Source: Basidiobolus meristosporus CBS 931.73
Lineage: Eukaryota > Fungi > Basidiobolomycota
Assembly: GCA_002104905.1 (NCBI GenBank)
Contig: MCFE01000029.1
Coordinates: 162,335-226,334 of the forward strand
Direction of reading: 5' to 3'
DNA length: 64,000 nt
Under the pieces are notes generated by a model. That model was not told the DNA's origin. It did not search any database and worked only from the letters and a program-made list of their open reading frames with translations. This document shows, piece by piece, positions 1 to 11,600 of this stretch. How positions within the stretch are numbered: the stretch's first letter is position 1; every line of letters starts with the position of its first letter. The translations under genes and the position numbers were made by a program.

Positions 1-2
1 TG

Positions 3-302
3 GAAAACAAGGAGCCCTGCTTTGAGGATCGACAATGCCGTTCTGGTACCTGTAAAAGCAACATTTGCCAAGACGAGGTGGAGTACAACCACTTCCCAGT
101 ATGGGGATATGTGGTGATTGTTGTTGGTTGTGTACTGGTGATAGGCCTCTGTATCTTGTTTGTCTACATTCGCCGGCGCCGTCGCGTGAATGCTTACAAA
201 CAATCAATGGCTGAGCTTGAATCGTACCGCCAGTCGATAATCACCAACATGTCCCCTACCCCTTCACATGAATCTACCGAACAATTCAAGAATTCCCATT
301 AA
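3..302 (+). CDS. 3' part of a single-pass membrane protein with a Cys-rich extracellular motif (5' end outside window)
   Basis: Frame is open from base 3: ENKEPCFEDRQCRSGTCKSNICQDE, then a hydrophobic segment (VWGYVVIVVGCVLVIGLCILFVYI), a polybasic stop-transfer RRRRR, and a stop at 300-302. Confidence 0.75.
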   Translation, partial: ENKEPCFEDRQCRSGTCKSNICQDEVEYNHFPVWGYVVIVVGCVLVIGLCILFVYIRRRRRVNAYKQSMAELESYRQSIITNMSPTPSHESTEQFKNSH

Positions 303-738
303 CCCTATCCATTAACTGTATACATAGTTCGTACTTCCTACATAGACTGATTCCATTGGTAAACCACGCATTCATTGAATCTTGCGCCCAGATCTTAATA
401 AAACATATATCTATCATAATTTAAAAAACTGTGTTTACCTAATGCCAATTGGATCAAAGGTATCTATATATATATATAAGGGTGGTATTTATGTATATAC
501 TTGAAATGTGATCTAAATTAGCTTGACCACTTCCGGAATTGGACCAGGCCATATTATAGATTTGGTTAAAATTAATTCATGTACAGTTGGTGCAAATCAA
601 ATGCCCGGATTATGTTACATTGATCGCATCTAAAGGTATGTCCAGAAGAATCCCGCTTCTACATAATGACGTTGAGATTCCTCTAGGGAACAAATAGAGG
701 GATAATGAGTCAATGGTTGACGCGGATTTGGATTCATC

Positions 739-2140
739 TTATGACGCGCCATTCATGATGGCGCGAACGTCCTCATCACTCTCCACTGCGATGAAATGGG
801 AATCTGCGGTTCGATGAATTAGCTGGAGTGAGTAAACTCTATCCTTCGTGTACCCGGCCTGTACAAACGCCTTGGTAATCACTTCTTGCAGTGCGGAAGC
901 GGAGATATTACTTGGGATCGGGATGACCACGCAGCATTCGGAATTCAAAACCACCTTCAACATAATGATTCTGCGTGCGATCAAAGCTGAGTCTCCGGTG
1001 GAGTTTTGGGCAAGGTTGACCGGTCTCTCTGAGCCTCTCGATTTGGCCTTATTATCAAAGATATCTCTCGGTTTGGATCTGATCATAGACTCAGAATTCT
1101 GTCTTCTCAGGGAGGCAAGCATGGTTTTCTGATGCAGTGAGGCCATGGTATTTTGTCGACGTAAGCCCGAATTTTGCATCGGTATAGAATGTAAACTAGA
1201 GAGAGAGTTATGCCTCTTCAATGATCCAGAGGAGTCCTGGTGCCGAAGAGCAGAGGGGGAGCTCTGTTTCCGATGACCCTGGTGGGAGCCCTCCTGAAAG
1301 TAGCGTTCACGTAGACTCCCATTACTCAAAGATCGATACGAGATGTATCCCGAGTCCCTATTTCGACCGGATATTTCTTCACTACCAGTAGGTGTATTCA
1401 GATCAGCCACCTCGCGCATCCAAAGGAACTCATCTAATAACTTGGAGGAAGGCAGATAAATAACACATTTGTCGATCTGGTCGATGATGACCCCACGTAG
1501 ATCATCGTTGGTGGCGATGACCACGATACTGTTATCCAGCTTGTAGGCTAAAACCACCGATTCAAAGTCCTCCAGTTTGAGTGCCTGGTTCTCGCAAAAT
1601 TTCTCGAAAATTTGTTTCCGGAGGTCGTCATAGGAGATGCTACGGGCCACTAGGATGTTGACGATATTCTCGGCGATCAGTATCACTTAAATTCGCACGA
1701 ATGGTGTGATGACCGTCACGTTGTCGCTACGAGCAGGGCGACAACTGTACGATCGAATGAGTGTACTCTCCTTGCTTTGCCATGCCGCTTTCTCTTTAGT
1801 CGTCATGTGCCGCACATTCCAGTCACTAGGGAGGCTCGCTAGCTTCAATGAATCAATTGCCTCTATAACCGAGCTGACAATGGGAATGGTTGCACCACCA
1901 AGATCGATGGAGGTTGGAACAGAGCTCGAAAGATCTCTCATATCGGATTCCCATAGGCCAAAAAACTCGGCGAAACACGTGGAATTGCGAATGTTGAGAG
2001 GGAGCTGGAATACCCAAGATAGAAACTCAATCCAATTTACCATTTTCGACGCCAAAACAATCGAACACAGCATTTCCAGCAACCTCATTGGCCCACTGGA
2101 TTACACGAGTTTGGTTGCTCACAAGTTTAACATGTAAAGA
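739..2140 (-). pseudogene. Tandem PB1-like domain protein with an in-frame TAA at 1687-1689
   Basis: ORFs 1687..2088 and 739..1686 are in the same frame, separated by one TAA (FVRI*VILI). There are two PB1-like segments (LAYKLDNSIVVIATNDDL; LQLIHRTADSHFIAVESDEDV) around a Ser/Arg-rich linker. The 5' exon structure is uncertain. Confidence 0.55.
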
Positions 2141-2189
2141 GAAATTGGATAGGGCGCTCTTTGACTTGCAAGATTAAACGGGTTACTTT

Positions 2190-2271
2190 CCTAGCCCTAA
2201 CCCTAATTATCTTCCACCGATATGATCAAAAGTCCACATTTGGGATTCAACCACCATGCCAACCCTAACCC
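2190..2271. repeat. Short interstitial telomere-like repeats (CCTAG-CCCTAA-CCCTAA and CCCTAACCC)
   Basis: Read directly at 2190-2206 and 2263-2271. Confidence 0.7.
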
Positions 2272-2616
2272 CACTATCGAGGCATTACATATGGTCCATG
2301 ATGGAGTGAAATATTGGATGCGCATGTTCAGCGACTAACTGACCGAAAAAATCCCTCGTGAAACGCTGCCAATATGATCGGAAAAGCAGTTCCAGTAAAG
2401 AGGGCATCCTGGATTGAGGAGAAACAAGCCCGTCATCTGATCGAAAATAGGTTGAGGGAGCGAGGTGAATCATCCAGAGATTCACAGTTCATCTCAATCA
2501 TTGTTGTCATGCAACTTGACATCTGACTGTCCTGTCATTCGCTTTTGCTACCAGACAGGTGTGTATATAAGAGTGAAGTGCGTTCGACGATACTTATCAT
2601 ACTGTTGCAAGTCATA

Positions 2617-3136
2617 ATGTCTTCCACTAGCAACTCTGGCCCTCATTCCCAGCCCCTCAACATACCAGGCCGCCGGCGTGCTCTTTCCGTCGGAACTTCC
2701 CTTGGCAGACAGTCTTTCAACCACATCACATGCACCTCTCCAACTAGCCCTAAATTCATGAGTAGTTTCACCGAGAAGTCAAGGAGCTTCAATGGCTCTG
2801 GCTCTCCTCCAAACTCCCCACCCAACGCTAACTTCACCAGCTACTTCCAGATCCTAAACAGCGTAAGTGTAAAATGCCCCACTAACCATCACCAACGTAC
2901 GAGTGAACTAATTGGCTCTATAGAAATCAAACCAGTTTCCTGAAACTTCTCCTCAAGGTGAGTTAGAATGAATTGCCATTGGATGACCAGAACCAATTCT
3001 AATCCGTTTCTTGGCAGGAAATAAGCTTCTACCCCCTCATGCAAGAGTACAAGCCTTGAAAACCCCGAAAAATATTCCAGATCGCCCTGCATCACCTATG
3101 CGTAGCATGATCTTAAATGGCCAGTTTTTGGACTGA
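2617..3136 (+). CDS. Small Ser/Pro-rich hypothetical protein, 3 exons
   Basis: ATG 2617 and two GT..AG introns with CTAAC/CTAAT branch sites. The spliced product ends RPASPMRSMILNGQFLD* at 3136. Confidence 0.65.
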
Positions 3137-3572
3137 GCAATGCACTCTATTGACCCTTGAAGGGTACCTCATGTATTATATATGGTATCATTATCAATAT
3201 AAATAGTGAATAAATAAGTATCCCAAAGAAACCGGTATTCAGAGTAGAAAACCAATCCAAGCATGCAGCGGATGACTGTTTTTTAGTGTCTCCACCATGC
3301 CCACGGAGGATTTCTGGCCTTCCGTATCGAAAATGCTTGCACATATTGGAGGTAGGGGGAATGAAGAAAGATTGGGAAGCCGTCGGCTGGGGTGAACCTA
3401 CCCCACGCCATAGGTTATATGGAGAATATTGAGATTTGCCCACATGGCATCGCATATGTGCCTCTAGCCTCAACCTCTCCTATTACGACGACACTAAAAA
3501 GCCTGGAAGGACAGACTTCGACAGAGTTACTTGCTTCTGGTCCAGTCTGTTAAAAATCGCTCCCTCCATCCC

Positions 3573-4562
3573 ATGAGGTTGTTACTCGCTTCTTTAGGTC
3601 ACACACTACTGGCGACTATTGCTGTGTTGGGTGCATCCTTTCCCTACTGTCAAGACCAATTCTCCAACTCCCCACAAAACTGCGCATTCTTCACATACCG
3701 CAAACCTATCGCAGAATGTATATTATCTTCACCACTGCCATTCAATGGCTCTTTCTCCCCTGTACCACCAGACATTCGTCGTAGCATCCTCACCATCACA
3801 AACGTGTTCGAAACGCAAGACACCAAGCTCGACTATTCTTTTTGCAAGAACTTGAAGGATGGTAAAGGGTTCACCTGCGGGTTCGCAGGATTTTCCACAG
3901 CCACTGGGGCCGCATTGTCCGTAATCACTGACTACCGAAAGGACCATCTACGGAATCCGTTCGGGAAGTATTTTATCTCTCTCCTTCGATTCAGTAACCA
4001 GACCGATTGCAATCTGGTGAAGGGGGATCCGAGTAATTTCGATGGGTTCGGGGAGACCTGGCGGAGAGCCTCCTGCCAAGCGAGCTTCCGAAAATCCCAA
4101 CACCGCGCAGTGGACATCCACTTCTTTGAGCCGGCAGTCAAACTGGCCAACGAGGTGGGTGTTCAAAGCTACCTCGGGAAGGCAATCTTCTACGACACAG
4201 CCTTCCAGCACGGCTACCAGACCGACGATGGATTCAGTCTCCGAAGTATTATTCGGCTGGCTGGGCCAATGATCGGCTCTGAGGTGGATTACTTAGATCG
4301 ATTCCTTCGAATCCGCCGACGAATCCTCTGCTGCTACCCGGATCTCGTGACTCCCCTACTGGCTGATCGGGTTGAGGATTTCCAGCGGCTTTTGAAGGCG
4401 GGAAACACCCGGTTGAGCCCGCCAATCCAATTGGAAACCCATCAAGTGACCATCACTGGCCAGGAACCGGAAGATCCGGTATGCTCCTCAACATCCATCA
4501 ACTATCCAAGCTTACGTTGGCTTATGGGTGGGTGGCTCTACTGGATTTCCAGAAACCCATAA
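3573..4562 (+). CDS. Secreted chitosanase, glycoside hydrolase family 46
   Basis: Signal-like N-terminus. Motifs TNVFET and KDGKGFTCGFAGFSTATG match the GH46 catalytic Glu/Asp region (DGRGYTxGxxGFxxxTG); YDTAFQHG matches YDxxxxHG. Intronless. Confidence 0.85.
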   Translation: MRLLLASLGHTLLATIAVLGASFPYCQDQFSNSPQNCAFFTYRKPIAECILSSPLPFNGSFSPVPPDIRRSILTITNVFETQDTKLDYSFCKNLKDGKGFTCGFAGFSTATGAALSVITDYRKDHLRNPFGKYFISLLRFSNQTDCNLVKGDPSNFDGFGETWRRASCQASFRKSQHRAVDIHFFEPAVKLANEVGVQSYLGKAIFYDTAFQHGYQTDDGFSLRSIIRLAGPMIGSEVDYLDRFLRIRRRILCCYPDLVTPLLADRVEDFQRLLKAGNTRLSPPIQLETHQVTITGQEPEDPVCSSTSINYPSLRWLMGGWLYWISRNP

Positions 4563-5847
4563 GAAACTCCCACTGAAGTCCGACATTCACCCAGGTGGAC
4601 ACTCCAGTGTCCTAGATGTCTGTAGGAGTGGGGAAGGATCAAGCCCAATATTCATCCAGTTATCAAGCTGCCAGTTAGGATATCCGGGTGATAGTACCCT
4701 GCTGATGACAGTACAAATGCTTCTTTTCATCCACACCACAAGACAGTGTACATCCATAGGGGCCGAAGGGATCATAGTTGACAATTCATGGCTCTCCCAC
4801 GAGAATGCTTCCAATAAATCGTGTGTTTGTTAATTTGGCTGGTATGTATTCAATGAATGAACGAGAAGGGGCTTGGTCTGTGCTTCCCTTCTCTGGCTAG
4901 TTTTGAATGCCTGTGAAATGGTGCATCCATCTGATCATGCTTGCTCTGCCCCCTAAGGAACATCCATTGCCTTCAGAAGCTGATTGCTAGGAGTTGGTCT
5001 GGCTCTGGCTTTGAGGTGGGCTTTGAGACACCTTGTCGCATACGCGCTTGAAACCGCGGGTAAAACAGTTGATTTGGGATGCGATTGGACATAGATTGCA
5101 TCGATGGTTTCCAAGCAACCGGCACGATTAGCGTTTAATTTGTTTCAGCAGGTACATTACAGTGGGCCAAATGACTACCAAGGTGCTGAATAGGATGTCT
5201 GGACATTGGAAAGCACTTCTGGATGCTTTTAAGTATGAGATGACCATTCAGAGAAGAAGACCACTTTCGAATGAAGTGCTTCTTCATCTCACCTCGTATT
5301 GCGATCCTTCAGGTAAAATTGGTGTATCTTCGCTTTTGAAATACCAAGGTGCTTCGGTTTTGCGGATGTTTTATAACATGGAGCGCTATGGCATCAGCGA
5401 GGTCTGATTTTGGTAGCATCACATGCTAAACGAGCCACCTCCTAGTCTTAGTCAACCTATTTTGAGATAGGTGTAGAGCATTGGAGGACCATTCGCTTCC
5501 TGCAATGCTATTTACCCAAGCTGGGGATGTACAATCAGCCATCGAGATCTGATGATGGAATGAGCTCATAAAGATTTAGGTTGACGGTGCACGTACACTA
5601 TTCAGCATTCTTAACTTTGCAGGACATTTCTTGGCGTCATGCAAACGGTAGATGCGGCGATATCAATATGCATAGTGTTAACAACTTGTTATTTGTGATG
5701 GCCACCCAATGGATTCTAGCGTAGCTAACTCTCACCAGAACACTCAATTGCCTGTCCAGTCCAATGTTCTACTTTCAGTTTCCCTGCGAGGATCCTGGAA
5801 ATACCTTACAAAGCTACTCAAATAATAGCAATTTGTTATGAGCATAC

Positions 5848-6178
5848 TGTTGTAAGAGTCTTGGAGATGTTGAAAGTGATTGGGAGAACAAGTAGATTAT
5901 GTGGTTTTCACTTAATGATTTATTGAATGTAAAAGTAGCATTATACTTTTACATGGTCTTGGCATAACAAACACGTAGAATATGTTTAGGAAGGTCCCAA
6001 GAACATGTTTGCAAAGTTTGGGGCTGATTGGACAACTTATCTAATTTTCATGTTCTGGGTAAATATTCTAAGTAAGTCCCGACAAGGAATCTGGTCAGTA
6101 TTCTCTAAGATTTGTAGGTAATGATCTAAGTGACCAAGTTGGGTGAATATTTAGGTGGAATTCCGAATTTTTACAACA
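5848..6178 (+). mobile_element. 331-bp solo-LTR-like repeat, copy A (strand arbitrary), 5-bp TSD CATAC
   Basis: Termini TGTTGTAA...TTACAACA, flanked on both sides by CATAC (5843-5847 and 6179-6183). Confidence 0.85.
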
Positions 6179-6478
6179 CATACTGGTTCCACCATATGCT
6201 ATGTTCTGGACTTCTATGTGGCAAGTTCTTTAGTCTCCTAAGTATCACGCCAGTTTCTCTTATAGAAATTGGGGAACACCACAAGAAAAGACAAATCAAA
6301 GCTTAGGCCTTCGTGCGTCTACATCCATCATAAGATCAGAATTGGCAGCTACATTGCTTCTCATATATAGTATTTCAAGATACTGAATATGAGCATGTTT
6401 TAGTCGGTAAGATATTGACAATCTCTATAGAATTGTGGAAATACAGATAATACTAGAATTCCCAAACCTGTCCGGATT

Positions 6479-6845
6479 TTTGTGAGGATTTCAGAGATGG
6501 TTGAAGTGATTGGGAGAGCAAGTGGATTTTTTGGTTACCACTTAATGGCACATTGAGTGTCAGATCTGCTGTAGAAGCTTTGGAGACACTAAATATGACT
6601 GGGAGAACAAGTAGATTGTGTGGCTTTCATTTGATGATATGTTGAATGTAAAAGTGATATTTGTACTTTTACATGGTCTTGGCAAAATAAACATGTAAAA
6701 TATACTCAGGAAGTTCCCAGGAACATGTATGCAAAGCTTGAGACCTTTGGACAGCTTTGAGATTTTATGTGTCCTTAGTATCTGATATTTTGGTAAAATA
6801 CTCTGAGTTCCAACAAGGAATTTGGGAAAGATATTCTGAGATTCT
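6479..6845 (+). mobile_element. Degraded and truncated copies B (~6479-6560) and C (6567-~6845) of the same repeat
   Basis: Share the GATTGGGAGAACAAGTAGATT, GAATGTAAAAGT and TTTTACATGGTCTTGGC blocks with copy A. Confidence 0.7.
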
Positions 6846-6861
6846 GAAACCATGATGTGAG

Positions 6862-7172
6862 TGCTGTAAGAGTTTTGGAGATATTGGAAGTGGTTGAGAG
6901 AATAAGTAGTTTAGGTGGCTTTCACTTGATGATTTATCTTGACAAAAAAACATGTACAATATGTTGAGGAAGATCCCCAGCACATGTGAGCAAAGTTTGG
7001 GGCTGTTTGGATAACTTTGAGATTCTTCATGTCCTGAGTACCTGATGTTTTGGTGAAATACTCTAAGAGAATTCTGGCCAAATTTCTAGTCGGGATTTAC
7101 TAAGATTTGTAGACTATGATCTAAGCGACTGAGATAAGAGAATATTTAGGTGTAATCACAAAATTTACAACA
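6862..7172 (+). mobile_element. Solo-LTR-like repeat, copy D (internal deletion), imperfect TSD GTGAG/GTAAG
   Basis: Termini TGCTGTAA...TTACAACA; internal blocks match copy A. Confidence 0.75.
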
Positions 7173-8605
7173 GTAAGTGACGGTGTCAATGCAATATACA
7201 GAACTTGCAACATAATCGGTTTGTTCCCACCGCCACTTCCAGTATCTCACAATCTTGATGTTGAATTGAAATACTCATCAACATTTACTATATTGGCCCC
7301 TACACACATTTTTCACATTTGGAATTGCTAATGACTTTATTGAGTCGGATACAGTATTGCTACTTTTAGAGCAGCCTTTTAACACTAATTGTTAGAATGC
7401 CTCAAGAAATGTTCCAGAAAGTGGTGCACAAAGCCAGGTCTCTTTGGGACAAGTCTGAGAATTTCGATCATTTTTGGCCCCCCCCTAATCCCAAGAATTC
7501 TCCAAGAATAAATCCAAATTTGGATTTCATATGGTATTCTACTGGTATTTTTTGGTAGAAATCTCAAGTGTAAAGGTGGTATTTATACGTTTACAAATAC
7601 TGTCAAAAGATTCAAGTAAAATTTGAAATTTATATTAGAAATCTAGGGACTATAACCAGCACAGTATAATAATGCAAACCATCGAATTGCTATATGAAGA
7701 GAACACTAATTCATTAATAAAGCAACCCATCGACCCATTTCAAACACAACTTTACAAGGTCTTCACTGACTAATGGAATATGTTGGGCCGGAAGCACTGA
7801 ATTGCTAGGGAGCGTTCAGGATGTTGGGCAATTCTATCATAGTGCGAATTACTACATTTATTCGAGCTTAATTCAACCAAACCAAATGCGAAATCAGAAT
7901 CCATGAATCATTAGGAACTAAACCAATTATTCGCAAAAGGCCCAGAACCCATGGTTTAAACAATTAGTGGCTGGTGTGGTAAGATGCAACAACTAACACC
8001 AATTTTCATTACAAGGGGAATCTTGCAGACATGCCTTGCATCTGTGATGATGGTGAAGGGGAATTCGAAGCAACGTCACAAATAGCAATCATTTCGCACA
8101 TACCACTCCACAGATATATATTGAAATATGGACAAAACGCAATCAAAAATTTTCAATGAGGTGCGACGGTTATCAGTAGCACATGTACAAAATAAGGAGT
8201 CTTAGGCATCTGTTATCATGCCAATCAAAGCGAACCAAATCACTTCGGGTGTTGCGGATTGCCTGCTAAAGTTCGGTTTGGTATTATAGGGATAATATAG
8301 AGATCAACCCACGATTGGCTAAGCTAAAATAGCTTATGGGCATACCCGACTTGTTGACCCCTTCAGGCCCCGCACAATCTGAGCATTAATACTGGTCCAC
8401 CGTCAACCAAGGGATTCTTGCTTCTCTGTCTAAAGCCGGACAATTCGAACGTATCTACTCTATCCATTAACAGGTTCCCTTGTATCTGTATCTGTATAGT
8501 ACCACTTTAATTCTTACGCTTCCCTAATCTGAGGTTGGCTCATGCAATAGTCTATCCTGTCCATTGCTATTTCGCTAAACTGTTTTTCGTATCTCTGTAG
8601 ACCAA

Positions 8606-11600
8606 ATGGATAGCATGGCTGTTGAACCTCCTACTCCTTGCCCCACTACCACTAGGGCTGAATTTGAAGCTTCCCAAGCCGAGTTTCAAGATGGTCTACT
8701 AGACAGCCCCTTGAAATCCCAGCCTGTAAGCGATGACTTGGAGTCAGAAAATAAGCCACCTCAACCCAACGGTAAGACCACTTTGGAGGGTAACTTGGAG
8801 GGACAAGAGAATCCTGCAACTGAAGCTGAGAAAACCTCTAGACCTGCCTCTAGACTTTCTTCGACTTCCACTAACTCTACCAAAAAAATGGTGGATCCGT
8901 CCAAAAGACGCTCCGTACCCCCTGTGGTTACCAAAGTCCCAACCTCTACTCGGGCTAAACGGGAATCTATGGGTGCTACCAAACCCTTAGCTACTTCAGT
9001 TCGCTCTCCAACTGCGAGTAAGCCAACCGTAAGTCGAACAGCGACTACAACCACTAAATCAACAAACCCCATTTCGAGAGCCTCAACCACCACCAGGCCT
9101 AGTGTAACAACCCCTACCACCGCCAAAGGGATTGCAAGGCCTGTGACCCCTTCAACAAAATCCCCCACCTTAGCGAAAAGTAACCTGGCTCAAAAGACTC
9201 CTGCATCTTCTGGAACACCTGCGACCAGGCCACTTGCTCGTACTGGTACTGCAACAACCCCCTCCACTCCTTCGGCCAAAAAAGTGCCGCCAGCTGGCTC
9301 CGCTTCGACAATTAATTCCGCCAGAAGTCGGGTGGCCGACCGTGTAGCTGCGTTTGAAAAGAAGCCAGTGGGTACCACGGCAAGAAGCGCAGTCGGCTCA
9401 GCCGGAAAACTTTCCACCGAGCTGGAAGAGTTGCGACAGAAGTATGACGAAGTCACCAAAACATTAGCCGAAAAAGAGGAGCTTCTTCAGACTCGAGAAG
9501 CTGAGCTACAGACACTAAAGGAAAAAGTCGTCGAGTCAAGCGCCAATGTTGATGCCCCTACCGAGGATGTAGCCAGAGAGGAAATCGAGTCCCTCCGAAA
9601 CAGCCACACCGAGAAAATGGAGAGTCTGAAGCAGGAGCATGATACTGAATTGAATACCTTGAAGAACGCTCATGAGGAAGCTATCCTCGCGAAAGAAAGT
9701 GAAATCAGCGCTTTGTCCCAAGAGGTTCAAACCCTGAAATCTGAGTTGGATGCCATACGCGACGAGCATTCGCAGTCCCTTCAGGAATTGAAAGAGCAGC
9801 ATCAACAAGAAATCCTAACGTTGAAGGACGTCCACCAGGAAGAGATTAATGCTCTTGAGCAAAGCAAAAATAATGAGGATAAGAATGCTCTTGAGCAGCT
9901 CCAGATGGAGTCTAAGGCAGCACAGGAACGTTTCGAAGAAGAGTTGGCTGCCTTGAAAGCATCTCATTCCCAAGAATTAGAGGGAGTCAACACACAGCAT
10001 GAGGAAAGCCTTACCTCCATTGAGGGGAAGCATCAGGACAGCATCCACACACTTGAGGAAGAGATCGCCAATATCAAATCGAAGCATGTTGAAGAGCTTC
10101 AACAGCTCAGAGAGGAGCTCGAAGCCCAGATATCTAGCGGTGACATTGAGCAAAGAGATTCGCTCATTGAAGAGCTGAAGAAGGATTTAGAAACTTTAAA
10201 GCAACAGCATGTTCAAGAATTGGATGATCTCCGCAATGTACATGAGTTGGAAACTTCGAAAAAGCTTAGCGCACACCAATCCCAGGCTTTGGAAGAGCTC
10301 AACAAGCAGCTTGAGGAACTCCAGCAGCAGCATAGCCTGGAGATTGAAGAGTTGACTAACTCTCATCGTGAGGCAGTGGAAGAATTGAAAACCCAACACG
10401 AAGGTGAGGTTGACGCTGCCGCAAGTAAGCTACAAGCAGCCATAGAGGAACATCAGGAAGCAATTCAAGGCCTCAAGTCAGAACATGAAACGGAGCTCAA
10501 AGAGCTGGAGGAGAAGAACAAAGACTACCAAACCTCTCTGGACACTATGGAGGAATTGAAGCAGTCGCATTCTAAAGAAATCGCGAGCTTGAATGAGGGT
10601 CATCAGTCTGAAATATTGAAGCTCAGCGATAAAATCGAAGAATTAAAGGCTATGCAGCTCAACGAACTGGAGACCACCAGGTCAATGCAAAATGATGAAA
10701 TCGGCTCCCTCAAGGCAGCCCATGAATCAGCCATCGAGGAGCTAACCAGTGAAGTTGAGACACTCAAGGCAGGCCATACACATGAATTGGAGGCCATTCA
10801 TTCCCAACATGAAGAGGCTTTTGCTCAAGCCCAAGCGTCAATTGAAAAACTGACTCAGCAGTTGGAAGAAAACATCAAAGAGTTGGACGCTCTCAAAGCA
10901 TCGAATACTGAGGAGCTTCAGAAACTACGTCTAGCTCACGCTTCTGAGATTGAGAAGCTAGAGCAGAGCCTTGCAACGTTAAAGGAATCTCAATCGGCAG
11001 TTGATCCTGATGTAGATCTTGACCACCTCAAAAGTCTGCCAGAAGAATTGGAAATCATTAAATCCAAGCATGCCGAAGAGATTCGCCTTCTCCAAGAGCA
11101 GCACGGCAAGGAAATGGATCTTCTCCGTGAGGAGCAGGAGGCCTCCTTTGCTGCTACGGTCGCTGAGAAGGAACAATTGATGGAGAAATTCGAAGCGAAA
11201 TCTTTGGAGTTGGAGAAGTTGAAAGTTGATCATTTACAAGAGTTGCAGACTGCCCAAGAGAGTCACCAAAATGACGTTGATCTGATCTCTGCTGAGTTGG
11301 AAGCTTTGAAGAGCTCGGTGGAGAAACAGGGGCTTGATAGAAGCAACAACGAGTCGGAAATCGCAGCCTTGAAAGAGAAGTTGGAAGCGGTGGGGATCCA
11401 GCACGCGGAAGAGCTAGAGACACTTCGTAGCACTCATGCGAGGGAAATCGAGCCCATGGAGCAGACGCAAACCACCGAGCTTGAGTCTATGAAATCAGCC
11501 CATCAAGCTGAACTGGTTTCCTTAAAGGAAGCTCATGAGAAAGAGTTGAGCGAGTTGAGCGAAAGATTGAAGGAGCTGGAGAGCTCCAAATCCGCCGGAG

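Noticed and set aside
5162-5407. 81-aa ORF and nearby fragments
   Set aside because: GTG start, no recognisable domain and no clear splice partners.
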